The notes under the pieces were generated by a model. That model did no database searches. It had not been told where the DNA came from and worked only from the letters and a program-made list of their open reading frames with translations. The position numbers and the translations under genes are program-made. Shown piece by piece: positions 36,826-49,672 of a DNA stretch of 64,000 bases. Source of the DNA: Mobula hypostoma (lineage: Eukaryota); the NCBI RefSeq assembly GCF_963921235.1, contig NC_086107.1, forward strand, positions 106,642,001-106,706,000. The letters run 5' to 3'. Within the stretch, counting starts at the first letter, position 1. Each line of letters opens with the position of its first letter.

Positions 36826-39800
36826 ATGTATATGTGTGTTGTTGTAGCAGAGTGTTGTACCCCTTGTGTTTGCACCAACCATTCATTAATTCAGTCCTTT
36901 GCTTCAATCGACCCTTGGAAAAATGAAAACGTATGACATCAGGGGACCCCGTGGGAGGGGCTGGGGGCGGCTAAGGGTAGAGATCACGGCGATGGGAGAT
37001 GTCATCAGGAGTATGCTTGGCAAGCAAGCCCCTTTTTGGATAGTACTCACTGCAAATCCTGGACGCAACTTCAGAATGAACGGACGTTTGGGGTGACAGA
37101 TGGACTGCTAATCAGATGGGCTGTTTTATCCAGCATGGGGCTCAGTTTCTTGAGAGTTACTCACATTATGTTCATCCAGGACGTGGAGTCTTGATCCATG
37201 CCTTGTAGATTTTATTTATCTAAGTAGCGGTACAGCGATTCTGGACCTTCGGGTCGCACCAACTCAGCGATCCCAACCTCACCCTAACCTAATCACAGGA
37301 CAACTTACAATGACCAATTAGCCTACCCACAGGTCCTTGGACTGTGGGAGGAAACCGAAGTTCCCAGGGAAAACCCATGCAGGAGGATGGATGAATTCTT
37401 TAAAAGATGACGCCAGAATCAAGCTCCAAACTCCGATGCCCTGAGCCCAATAGATGGTAGGAAGTCTTTGGTACCAGGAAGTGAGTGACTCTCCACAGAA
37501 TACTGGGCCTCTGGTAACCATGTGCATCTTTATAACCATTCCATGAGGAACTGTGACGCCCCCCCCCCACGGCCTCGGGGTAAAAATGGCGGGGACTCAG
37601 TGACTGAAAGCAGGGGTAGGTGGTTAGACCCTCCCTCTCGTTGAAGATGTGCTTTGGCTAGCACTTCAGTGGTGGGAGTATCACTTATGACCCATCACTG
37701 CCTGATTGTTCAAAGTTCAAAGTAAAATTTATTATTAGAGTATGTATGTTACCATAAACTACTATTGATTTATTTATTTATTGAGATAAGGCACAGAATA
37801 GGCCCTTCTGGCCCTTTGAACCACACTGCCCAGCAACCCCCGATTTAACCCTAGCCTAATCACGGGACAATTTACAATGACCAATTAACCTACCGACCGG
37901 TACGTCTTTTAGACTGTGCGAGGAAACCCACACGGACGTGGGGAGAACATGTAAACTCCTTACAGGCAGCGGTGGGAATTGCTTGCAGGGATTTACAGAA
38001 AATAAAGAGGTACAATAGAACCTATGAAAAGCGACACGAGACTGTGAAAGACTGGCAATCAATCTATAGTAGAAAATAAATTAAAGATAATACCTGGAGC
38101 ATGAGTTATACAGGCTCCGTGAAAGTGAATCTATAGGTTGTAGAATCAGTTCAGAGTTGTGGTGAGTGAAATTATCCATGGTGATTCAGGAGCCTGATTG
38201 TTGTAGGGTAGTAACTGTTGCTAATTCTGGTGGTGTGGGACCTAAGGTACTTCCTGCCCTGTGGAAGTCGTGAGAAAAAAACATGGCCTGGTCCTTGATG
38301 ATGGACGCTGCTTTCTTGTAGCAGTGCTCCTTGTAGATGTGCTCAATGGCGGGATGGGCTTCTCCTGTGATGGACTGGGCTGTGCCCACCACTTTTTGTC
38401 GTTGTTTTTTGTTCTTATAATAGACAACAGGTGCAGTAGACCATTCGGCCCTTCGAGCTGGTACCGCCATTCACTGTGATCATGGCTGATCATCCACAAT
38501 CAGTACCCAGTTCCTGCCTTATCCCCATAACCTTTGATTCCGCTATCTTTAAGAGTTCTATCCATCTCTTTCTTGAAAGCATCCAGAGACTTGGCCTCCA
38601 CAGCCTTCTGGGGCAGAGCATTCCATACATCCACCACTCTCTGGGTGAAAAAGTTTTTCCTCAACTCCGTTCTAAATGGCCTACCCCTTATTCTTAAACT
38701 GTGACCTCTGGTTCTGGACTCACCCATCAGCGGGAACATGCTTCCTGCCTCCAACGTGTCCAATCTCTTAATAATCTTATATGTTTCAATAAGATCCCCT
38801 CTCAGCCTTCTTGGAACTAACAAACTAAGATGAGAACTTCTGTGGCTTAAAGTTGTCCTGGAGTCCCTGTAGGAGAGGTAGTGGAGGAAGCACCTCCCTG
38901 TTGGCAGGGAAGGAGGTTGTCACATTCCCGTGGGAGGTACATTTAAAGCCATGTTGAGTCAGATATTTGAAGTGCAGATTATCTGAGGGAGTCTGAGCAG
39001 CAAAGAGGGGAAACTGAGGTGAGGAGCGGAGAATGCTTATCACGCTTGAGCTCCTGGTCCCCACCACATCCACCCAGCTGCACTTTAACCCTTTGTGAAC
39101 TGCAGAGCTTCTCGGTATATCCACTACACTGCAAACTGCCCTGCAGAAAACTCTCGAACGTTGGAAGCGGCCCCACAAGTGGGAGCTGAACAGGTCTGCA
39201 AAACCAGAAACACGAGAGATTCTGCTGGAAGTTTGGAGCAATACACACAAATGCTGGAGGGACTCAACAAGTCAGATAGCATCTGTGGAGGAGAATAAAC
39301 AGTTGACGTTTTGGCTATTTATTCCCTTCCATAGATGCTGCCTGACTTGTAGAGTTCTTCCAGTATTTTATCAAGGGGCAAGGATCAACACTATTCGCCA
39401 AGTACATTTATATGTGTTAGGAATTTGCTGTGGTGTGCTGGTATGACATGCAACAAAAATCAAAATTCAACAATTATAAAGAATTAAGAATTATACTTAA
39501 AATACCTAGAAATTAAAGTATGGATATGGAATAAAATGTGCATAGATGTATAAATACCAGCATGCTTCTTATAAACAGGATTATAGGAAGCTGTTTAAAG
39601 TATTTACTGTACAGTGTGGTGACTGAGATAATAGATAGTGGGGTGTGGGGAGATTAACTATTATGGTCGATCAGATGAGTTGCCTGGGGGAAAAATCTTT
39701 TAAGTTGACACAAAGTTTTTGTTTTAATAGCCCTACAGTGCTTTCCAGAAGGGAGCTTCTGGAAAAGGGAGTTTGCAGGATGGGTTGGGTCCACAAAGAT

Positions 39801-40389
39801 TTTTTTTTCCTGACAACTTCTTTGTCCTGGACATGTACAAGTACTGCAGTGATGGAAGACCGCAGACCCTTTCTGCTGACCTGACAGTTCAAGGATTCAA
39901 AGTGCATTCATTATCAAATTGTGCACGCAGAATACAGCTCTGAGATCCACCCTCCTGCAGGCAGCCGCTAAACAAAGAAGCACCATGGAACCCATTCAAG
40001 AAAAAGTCAAACACCCAACACCCGAAAATTGCACAAGTGGCAAAAAGAATGCTGCAGTTTTCTTATACTGTGAGAGAACGCTGCACCAAGTCGGACAGTA
40101 ATGGCTGATGTGCGGGTGCTCACGAGGATGGCAGTGTAGAATTGCATTGATATGTTCTGTGGATGATAGAATTTTATTGTGTGTGCTGGTCTACAATATC
40201 AGAATCAGGTTCATGATCACGAGCGTGCGTTGAGAAATGTTGCTTTGCGACAGCAGTGCCGTGCAAGACGTAAAGATTAGTATAAGTTACAATAAATAAA
40301 TAGACAGTGCAAAAGAGAATTAGAAAGGTAGTATCCGTGGGTTCGTGAACCATTTGGAAAGCCGATAGCAGAGGAGAAGAAGCTAGTGC

Positions 40390-41231
40390 TTTCTTGGGCT
40401 TCCAGCCAGGTACAGGTATTTATTTTAACCGGCGTTTCGATGACAAACTCTGCCATCTTCATCAGGGATGATGCCAAGGCATGGCTAGGCCGGTCATCCA
40501 TCCTTCCTGATTGGTTAGTCCTCATCCAATCAGGTTTCTGCTGTTGCACCTTGTTTACTGTTCTTACTTTGAGCGAGACCTTCGTCCTTGTTGAAATTCT
40601 TTTCTTCTAGTTTTATTTCAATGGCTTCCTTCACCAGGCGCTCCCAAAAAACCCATTGGCACGGCGCAGTAGTTTTGTGCCATTGAAGTCAATCCGATGT
40701 CCATTGCGAATGCAATGTTCTGCTCCGGGTAACCCAAACGGATACACCTAGAGTGTTCCTTGATGCCGGTTTCCACCGTGTGCACCATCTGGACGATACA
40801 TGCTGCTCTGCATTCATAGGGAATCCTGTAAACACCAGCCGTCCTGAGTCCCTGGTTGTCTCTGACCCGCATAAGCTGTGATTTCAGCACTCCCAATGGT
40901 CATAGGATTGAATTCTTCAGCACAAAACTACTGCACCGTGCCAAAGATTTTTGGGAGCGCCTGGTGAAGGAAGCCATTGAAATAAAACTAGGGAAAAAGA
41001 ACTTTAAACAAAGACAAAGGTCTCGCTCTCAGTAAGAACAGGAATTTGATTGTGAGCAAGGTGGGATGGCGGAAACCTGATTGGATGACTAACCAATCAG
41101 GAGGGATGGACAATGGGGCATATAAATGCCACCAAACTAGCCATGCCTAGGCATCATCCCTGGTGAAAATGGCAGAGTTTGCCATCGAAATATTGGTTAA
41201 AATTGATACTTGTACCTGGTTGGAAGCCCAG
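40390..41231. mobile_element. Penelope/Poseidon-type GIY-YIG fragment with inverted terminal duplication
   Basis: Minus ORF 40618-40896 LRTAGVYRIPYEC...IKEH is a degenerate GIY-YIG. About 40390-40705 is inverted at about 40895-41231. GAAGAAGCT at 40376-40384 and 41232-41240. Confidence 0.8.
40427..40468 (-). ncRNA. Second-family hammerhead motif with long stem II (cleavage triplet mutated)
   Basis: Reverse complement CC-CTGATGA-A-GATGGCA-GAGTT-TGTCATC-GAAA-C-GCC-GG. A more degenerate copy lies on + at 41160-41197. Confidence 0.6.
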
Positions 41232-41279
41232 GAAGAAGCTGTTCCTAAAATGTTGAGTGTGAATCTGTAGGCTCCTGAA

Positions 41280-41910
41280 TTGAATTGTATTGACTTTATT
41301 TCTTATATCCTTCACATACATGAGGAGTAAAAATCTTTACGTCACACCTCCATCTTAGTGCGCAATATGCAATCATAGTAATTTATAATAATTAGAACAG
41401 TCAATGTAACATAGAAAAACACCCAAATCAGCGTGAGTTAATCAATCTGATGGCCTAGTGGAAGGAGCTGTCCTGGAGCCTGTTGGTCCTGGCTTTAATG
41501 CTGTGGTACCGTTTCCCGGATGGTAGCAGCTGGAACAATTTGTGGTTGGGGTGACTCGGGTCCCCAATGATCCTTCGGGCCCTTTTTACACACCTGTCAT
41601 TGTAAATGTCCTGAATAGTGGGAAGTTCACATGTACAGATGCGCTGGGCTGTCCGCACCACTCTCTGCAGAGTCCTGTGATTGAGGGAGGTACAGTTCCC
41701 ATACCAGGCAGTGATGCAACCAGTCAGGATGCTCTCAATTCTGCCCCTGTAGAAAGTTCTTAGGCCCATACCAGACTTCTTCAACCATCTGAGGTGAAAG
41801 AGGCGTTGTTGTGCTTTTTTCACCACACAAGCTGGTGCGTACAGACCACGTGAGGTCCTCGGTGATATGGATGCCGAGGAACTTAAAGCTGTTCACCCTC
41901 TCAATCCCAG
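41280..41910 (-). mobile_element. Rex1/Babar-type LINE 3' end
   Basis: IERVNSFKFLGIHITEDLTWS; VKKAQQRLFHLR...IESILTGCITAWYGNC...HPNHKLFQLLPSGKRY. Confidence 0.8.
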
Positions 41911-43140
41911 ATCCTGTACCTCCTCCCTGATGGTAGTAATGAAACAGAGGCCATGTCCTGGGTGGTGGTGGGGGGGGGGGATCCTTAGTGGTGGATACCA
42001 CCCTCCTGAGGCAGCACCACAGTAGCATAGTGGTTAGCGTGACACTGTATTACAGCTCGGGCTGCTCCTGAGTTTGGAGTTCAGTTCCAATCTGCGCAAC
42101 ACCCTGAGCTCTAACAGCCTCTCTGTAATAAGTCTCTTCCTCGTGGAATGTGTGGCTTTTCCCCGGTTTCCTCCCGCAGTCCAAAGGTCAATTGGTCACA
42201 GTATATTGTCCCGTGATTAGGCTAGGGTTAATTGATTTGGCCAAGTGGTTCATCTAGTGATCTGAAGGTCGTTAGTTCGAGCCTTGGCTGAGGCAGTGTG
42301 TTGTGTCCTTGAGCAAGGCACTTAATCACACATTGCTCTGCGATGACACTGGTGCCAAGCTGTATGGGTCCTAATGCCCTTCCCTTGGACAACATCGGTG
42401 GCATGGAGAGGGGAGACTTGCAGCATGGGCAACTGCTGGTCTTCCATACAACCTTGCCCAGGCCTGCGCCCTGGAAACCTTCCAAGGCACAAATCCAGGG
42501 TCTCACGAGACTAACAGATGCCTATATATATATATAAATTGGGTTGGTCAGGTGTGTTGGGAGAGTGTGGCTCAAGGGCCAGAAGGGCCCACTCCACGCT
42601 ATATCGCTAAAACTAAAATTTAAACAAAAAATTAAAATATCAACGGTTTCACAGTCAAGTGTGATAATTCAGCCCAAAATATTGCTCTTGTTTAGATCCG
42701 AGCCTCTATCGTGCACTACACAGTGACAGAAATAACTACTCATCTCCTTCCTTCCTTCCTCTGCTTTCCCCCCTCCCCTTTCCTCCATGTCGTTCAAGCT
42801 GTTGAACTTCTGCCCAATAAGAGAGTGCAGAGGAGATCTACCAGGATGCTGCCTGAATTAGGGAGCATGTCTTATGATTATAGATGGTGCAAGCCAGGGC
42901 TTTTCTTCTTTGGAGCAAAGGAAGGTGAGTCGTGACTTGACAGAGGTGAATAAGATGAGTGGATAGCCCGAGATATTTTCCCAGGGCGTAAATCGGAGGG
43001 GATCATTTCAAGGTGATTGGAGGAAAGTTTGGGGGGGGGTGTATCTGAGATAAAATTTTTACACAAAGAGTTGGCATGTGTGGAATGCCTTACCAGTGAC
43101 AGAGGCAGATATTTTAGGGACATTTAAGAGTCTCTTAGAT

Positions 43141-43325
43141 CAGGGGTCCCCAACCCTCTGCGCACCGCGAACCGGTTTAATATTGACAATATTCTTGCCG
43201 ACCTTGCGTGCGTTCGAGTTCAACAGTGGGCGTGACAGGGAATGAGGAAAGGTGCAGCTGACTCATATTGGTTCATATCGCCAAATCATATTGTTTCCTT
43301 GCGGCCCGGTGGCTGGGGACCACTG
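43141..43325. mobile_element. hAT (Charlie-like) MITE
   Basis: TIRs CAGGGGTCCCCAACC / GGCTGGGGACCACTG. Perfect 8-bp TSD TCTTAGAT at 43133-43140 and 43326-43333. Inserted in a CR1 fragment. Confidence 0.88.
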
Positions 43326-43906
43326 TCTTAGATAGGCACTTTGGGCTTCTAACATTTTTCTGGCATTCACTCTTTGGGGATTTTCTTCTGTTTTGTGGAT
43401 GTCTGTGAAGAGTAAGAATCTCAGCTTGTATATTGTATACAGTCTCTGATATTAAATGGAACCATTGAATCATTGAACGTGAATGATAGAAAAACGGAGG
43501 GACATGTAGGAGGGAGGGGTTAGGTAGATCTAAAAGCGGCCTAAAAGGTCAATATCATGGGTTGGTGACCCCACACTGTGTTGTATTGTTCTATGTTCTA
43601 AGAGAGTGGAGAAGGGGGAATGACTGGAGTGGGAGTGAGTTGGCTGCTTTCCTGAGGAAGTGGGAAATGTGGACGGAGTCAGCCGAGGGGCGTCTGGTTT
43701 CCATGACATGCTGGGCCTTATCCACCACTCTCTGCAGTTCCTTACGGCCTCGAGCAGTTGGTGAGGGTTCTTAATGGTGGATGCCACCTCTCAAGGAACC
43801 ACCGCGGTAGCGTAACGCGAAGCTATTACAGCTCGGGGCTGTACCATCCCATGATGCAGCTGCAGGGGATGCTTTTCAAGGTGCTTCGATGAAAATTGGT
43901 CAAGGG

Positions 43907-44521
43907 TGTGACGGGATCCTGAATTATCCCTTATGAACTATGCTTTTAAAAAGAGAGAGAGAGCTGTACAGCACAGACACCCTGTTATTAAGAGAGAGAG
44001 AGGCGAAAACTGCTCACAGTTTGTTTGGAATTTCTGCAAGGACACTGCCAGCTTCTGGGTTCCTACAGAGAGAGAAGGGAGGAGCTACCTGATGGACGGC
44101 TGGTGTTCAGCATGGTGAGATAAATAGAAGGTCAGCTGGTAGACAGACAGACACATGGTTTTGGACACTGGATGAGCTTTGTTGTGCCCACAGAGAGGTG
44201 GGTTTTTAGAGGATCGATCAGTGGCTCTCGCAGTGTGGAAAAGGTGTGACCGGTGGGAAGTTATTAGTGTGTCCAACCCTTGCCTGGGTTGGTAGACTAT
44301 CATTTGAAGATGGTGCTGTTAGGTTGGTCAAGTTTGGCTAACTTGGAAGTTTCGGAGGACAACGGGAAGAATCGACGGCATCGGCTTACTCGAACAACCA
44401 CAGCACCTCTCTCTCTCCATCACTACTCAACTCAATACCACGAACTGAACGGAACTTTACTCATCATTGTAAGTCCGTATCCATTTACCCCTAGGCTTGA
44501 GGAAGCTTGGCTTTTATATTT

Positions 44522-44556
<35 letters not shown>

Positions 44557-44704
44557 AAATCATTGCTAACCCTGTTTGATATATCTGAATTTTATTACTG
44601 TATTGCATAGTTACCAATAAAATAGCATTAGTTAACAGCAACACCAGACTTCAAGGTGTTTTCCATTTCTGCTGGTTCTTTAACCCATCACGGGGTACGT
44701 GATA
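43907..44704 (+). mobile_element. Solo LTR, 798 bp, same family as 32669-33596
   Basis: TGTGAC...GTGATA termini (CA mutated to TA), 4-bp TSD AGGG at 43903-43906 and 44705-44708, AATAAA at about 44616. Confidence 0.82.
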
Positions 44705-45002
44705 AGGGTTAACGGGGACATGCCGAATTTGCACGGCCTTCTGAGAAAGTAGGGGTACAGTTGAGCTTTCTTGGTTGTTGTGTCTATGCGGTTGGATCAG
44801 GACAAAATTGTTGGTGATGTTTACACCAAGGAACTTCAAGCTCTCAATCATCTCCACCTCAGCACCACTGATGCAAGCGGGACGTGTATGAAGTGGGTGG
44901 ATGGTAGGAGGGGTGGGGGAGGTTTGGAAATGTTTGGAAGGGGGTGGGATTTTCTCTTCAGTCTGGGCCGCTGTGAGCTGATGCTGTTTCCTCTTGGAAC
45001 AG

Positions 45003-45170
45003 GTGCTTGCGGTGGTGATGGACGACTTCACAGACCGGAATATATTCGTGGACCTGCTGGAGGCCAGTTACCGGCGCAAGGTGGCGGTCTACGTCGTGCT
45101 GGACCAGGGTAACCTGAAGTACTTCCTGGAGATGTGCCGCGGGTTGGAGCTGAATGAGCTGAAGATTCGA
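45003..45170 (+). CDS. FAM83F: FAM83F exon 2 (56 codons)
   Basis: AG at 45001-45002; VLAVVMDDFTDRNIFVDLLEASYRRKVAVYVVLDQGNLKYFLEMCRGLELNELKIR; donor GTGAGT at 45171. Confidence 0.93.
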
Positions 45171-47669
45171 GTGAGTGGCAAATGGGGGGGGGGGCGCGGC
45201 GGGGATTTGATGGGGAGGGTGGTGTATGGAGATGGGTGGGGGGAGAGTGAAGGAGGAGCAAGGAGGGCTTGAGGGGAGGGAGAGTTTAGGGGAGTGGCGG
45301 AGGGTGAGAAAGGGAATGATGGGGAGGGAGGTGAGCAGGGAGAGTGATTGAGAGGGTGGGGGATGAGGGGAATGCGAGGGAGGAGGGTCAAGAGGGAGAG
45401 TGATTAGGGGAGTGATGAGTTACGGAGTGAGCAGCACGTTTCACTCCCTTCCCCCGACACTGCCTCTCAGGATTCTCTCTCCTGAAGGTTCTCTGCCACC
45501 AACACCTCACCTTCTCCACCCCAGACATCCCCTCCCTTGATCACTTCTCTCACCACTTCCCACTACTGCCACCTCTCCCCAACACACGTTGTGAACCCTC
45601 CCCCCCCAGCTCCTGGGTCTCCTACTCTCAGTCAGGAGACTGCATCCCCCAGACACTCCCGATCGCCTAACACCACCCGCCCCCACCCCACCCAGCCTAA
45701 CAATCCATTTATTGAAGGAATCATAAGACCATAAGATACAGGAGCAGTAGGCCATTTGGCCCATTGAGTCTGCTCCGCTAAGGGAGGAACAGCAGGGTAC
45801 TGGTGAAGACAAGAAATGGATCAGGCAGAGACATTAGGTGAATCTCTGGGATATGGTCTGTGATCTCCATCCTCATCCCCATGACCTCATCCAACACCAG
45901 CAGCACGGACATTGTGATTGATATCGGCATATAATGATCACATGTACCAAGGCACAGTGAAAAGCTACTCATGCCATCGAAACAGATTAGACCATATAGA
46001 ATTACATCAACATAGTCGGAAGAGAATGCCTTAGAAATGAGATTTATGACAGTGGTGGTGCAGTGACATCAGCGCCGCCGGACTCTGGAGCGAAGGTTCC
46101 CGAGTTCGAATCCAGTCGGGCCGCTCCCGGGCACGCTTTCTATCCGTCCCAGGTTGAGTGTCGAGCTCGCAACTCGGCCCCGTAAAAGAAAAACAAACTG
46201 CGCTGTGAGAAGGACGTGGGGGGACCACTCACAGAATCTTTCCTCCAAGGCAACCACTTGAAAAGTGGTCACCGAGGCTCTGGCAGAGTATGGCACACAC
46301 AAATAAAGCTTATAATGAGGGGCAGGGTGGAGATACGTCTCTGTCAAAGGAGATGTAAGGTGCTCCTTCCATCCGCTAGCCTGCAGGTCACCCTCGGGCA
46401 AGGTGTAGCACCTGCTTAGCCTCCCGATCAGGGTCACATAAAGCCATGGGAGCAGCTGGTGCATATCACAAGTCCTGGTTATGCCACCACTGACACCAAG
46501 CAGACAATCTCTGAAGAGTATTGGTAATGGCTGGGGTCACCCATCTTGTGAAGACACTGCCCAGAAGAAGGCGATGGCAAACCACTTCTGTAGAAAAATC
46601 TTCCAAGAACCATCACAGTCACAAGACCACGATCGCCCACGTCACATGATGCCGATGATTTTAATAAATTCACTCTCCAAGAAAGCCCCACAGCAAAATG
46701 GTTTTAACAGATCCTTTCATTACATTTATTATAAATGAATCTCAGGGTTGTACATGATAACATATATGTAGTGTTTTTTGGAAATATAATTCACTTTGAA
46801 CTTTGGACTTTGTCCAAGTTCAGATTTAGATTAATGTACCACAAATACAATGAAATGCCTCATTTGCATTGACAACCAACACACCTAGGGTGTGCCAGGG
46901 CCTCCCATAAGCGTTGCCACACATTCTGGTGCCAATGTAAGTAACACGTCCAGTATTCAGCAGAACAATGCAGTGCACAACCTCAACAAAACAGTAGCAA
47001 CACAGGCCCCTTTCTACCCTCCTCACCCCCCTCATCGTGTGGCACAAGACCAAGTGGTTATAGTCAAAGTCATAGTTATATTTTATTGATCCGGAGGGAA
47101 ATTGGGTTCCGTTACAGTTGCACCAACCAAGAATAGAGTATAAATATAGCAAAATAAAATCATAAATAATTAAATAGTAATATGTAAATTATGCCAGGAA
47201 ATAAGTCCAGGACCGGCCTATTGGCTCAGGGTGTCTGACCCTCCAAGGGAGGAGTTGTAAAGTTTGATGGCCACAGGCAGGAATGACTTCCTATGACGCT
47301 CGGTGTTGCATCTCAGTGGAATGAGTCTCTGGCTGAATGTACTCCTGTGCCCACCCAGTACATTATGTAGTGGATAGGAGACATTGGGCATTGGACTAGC
47401 GATCTAAAGGTCGTGGGTTCGAGCTTTGGCTGGGACAGCGTGTGTGTCCTTGAGCAAGGCACTTAACCACACAATGCTCCAGTCTACCCAGCTGAGTATG
47501 GGTACCGGCAAAAAATGCTGGGGGTTAACCTCACTATAGACTGGCATCCTATCTGGGGGAGAGTCTCATACTCTCAGTCACCTCACGCCACGGAAACTGG
47601 CATAAGCACCGTTGCCTGATGGGCTACAAGGCTCATGACAGACTTTAAAATTTAATCACCCCACCCTCC

Positions 47670-47825
47670 ATCACACAGACAGTCCTCCCCACACCTCCAA
47701 ACACATACGGACAGTCCTCCCCACCCCCCTAACACACACGGACAGTCCTCCGCACCCCCCAACACACACACAGTCCTCCCCATACCCCCCCCCCCAAACA
47801 CATACAGACAGTCCTCCCACTCCCA
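47670..47825 (+). repeat. Tandem repeat of about 30 bp (ACAC..GACAGTCCTCCC...), about 5 copies
   Basis: Recurrent ACAGTCCTCC core seen directly. Confidence 0.7.
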
Positions 47826-48383
47826 ACAAACACGGCCCGGCCTCTGGGCCTCCACGCTTCAGCTATTGGCCCTCTGATCAACTTTCCGGCTTTGATCTGT
47901 GGTACTGGCCCCTCCGGACTAGCCAACGATAGGGTTGCGAGCTCCGGGCGCACTGACTGACCAGCTCAGCTCACGCGGACATCCAGTCCTGGGGGGACCG
48001 CCATCGTGGGACAGCCTGACGGCCACGGCCATCTTTCATCACCCGGCAAGTCCCTTGAATCTCAGTTCTAAGCCGTTTTCTCTTTTATCTGCTTCTGCAT
48101 ACAATGCCCTGTCTGAGTGCCAAGCAAAACGGAGGCTTTGCTCTGTATCCCGGTCCACGTGGAAATAACAAAACAATAACCACAATGCACAAACATTGCT
48201 GCTATTTCGAAGTCTTCCACGGGCAAATACCTTCACTGAAAGAGTACCTCAGGCAAAGCTGCTGGGAGGGAGGAGAGTCCGCCGGGCCCGTGGACCTCAA
48301 TCCGAGTGAGTGTGAGGAAAGAGTGGGGCAGTGGTGGGCGGTAGGACCCTGCAGTCACCCTGATGTCTTGTCTCCCACCGCAG

Positions 48384-48505
48384 AACATACGAGTTCGTTC
48401 CATTACTGGCACTGGCCTCTACTTGGCGGCGGGACACGTGTTGGGCACATTAAATCAGAAGTTTATGATTGTGGACGGCAATAAAGCCCTTTCCGGGTCT
48501 TACAG
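48384..48505 (+). CDS. FAM83F: FAM83F exon 3 (122 bp, phase 0/2)
   Basis: Acceptor ctcccaccgcAG; NIRVRSITGTGLYLAAGHVLGTLNQKFMIVDGNKALSGSY; donor GTAAAA at 48506. Missed by the ORF track. Confidence 0.92.
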
Positions 48506-48873
48506 GTAAAAGAAAAGGCTGGGTCTCAACCCTACCCTAGACCCTTCCCTCCGCCACCCTGCCTGTCCTCAGTATTATGTGGCAAGACCAGACTGAATAA
48601 AGGGTGGCCATTATCCGGGCTCATTTCCCGTCACTGCCTAGAAGAAGTTTGTAACGAGTGTGCTCCAGATTCTTCCGACCATCCGAGTACATATGGTTCG
48701 GGTTAGTAAGTTGTTGGCAGACTATGTTGACATTGGAAGCATGGCAACACTCGTGAGCTGCCCCCAGCACAGTCCCCACTGATTTGACGCTAATGACGCA
48801 TTTCACAGTATGAGTTGATGTACGGCAGAATCAGGTTTAATATCACTAGCATATTTGTTGTAATGTGTAATAT

Positions 48874-48924
<51 letters not shown>

Positions 48925-48959
48925 TGTGTGTGTGTGCATGTGTGTGCGTGTGTATAAAA

Positions 48960-49672
48960 ATTTAATTAGATCAATAGTGAAAAAAGCGAAAAGGAGTGAG
49001 TTAGTGTTCATGGGTTCAATGTCCATTCAGGAATCAGTTGGCAGAGGGGAAGAAGCTGTTCCTGAATCACTGAGCGTGTGTCTTCAGGCTCCTGTACCTC
49101 CGTCCTGATGGTAGCAATGAGAAGAGGGCATGCCCTGCGTGATGGGGGTCCTGAATGACAGACGCCACCTTTCTGAAGCATCGCTCCTTGAAGATGTCCA
49201 GGATGCAGGGGAGGCTGGTGCCCATGATGGAGCTGACTGAGTTAATAACTTTCTGCAGCTTATTTCGATCCTGTGCAGTAGCCCTCCCCCCTTAACCCCC
49301 ATACCAGACGGTGATGCAGCTAGTTAGAATGCTCTCCATATTTGCAAGTGGCTTTGGTGACATACCAAATCTCCTCAAACTCCTAATGAAATATAGCCAC
49401 TGTTGTGCCTTCTTTGTAACTGCATCAGTACGTTGGGCCCAGGATAGATCCTCAGAGATGCTGACACCCAGGAACTTTGAAATTGCTCACTCTTTCCACT
49501 TCTGATCCCTCGATGAGGACTGGTGTGTGTTCCCTCGTCTTACCCTTTCTGAAGTCCACAACCAGTTCTTTGGTCTCACTGCAAGGTTGTTGTTGTGACA
49601 CTACTCAACCAGCTGATCTGTCTCCCTCCTGTACGCCTCCTCGTCACCATCCAAAATCCTGCCAACAATAGT
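48960..49672 (-). mobile_element. Rex1/Babar-type LINE 3' fragment (others at about 9440-9720, 50550-50885 and 56160-56875)
   Basis: Shared GGCAGAGGGGAAGAAGCTGTTCCTGAA / CCTGATGGTAGCAATGAGAAGAGGGCATG signature encoding HALFSLLPSGRR on the minus strand. Confidence 0.7.

Noticed and set aside
48480..48485. AATAAA polyadenylation signal
   Set aside because: Lies within exon 3 coding sequence (Asn-Lys codons).
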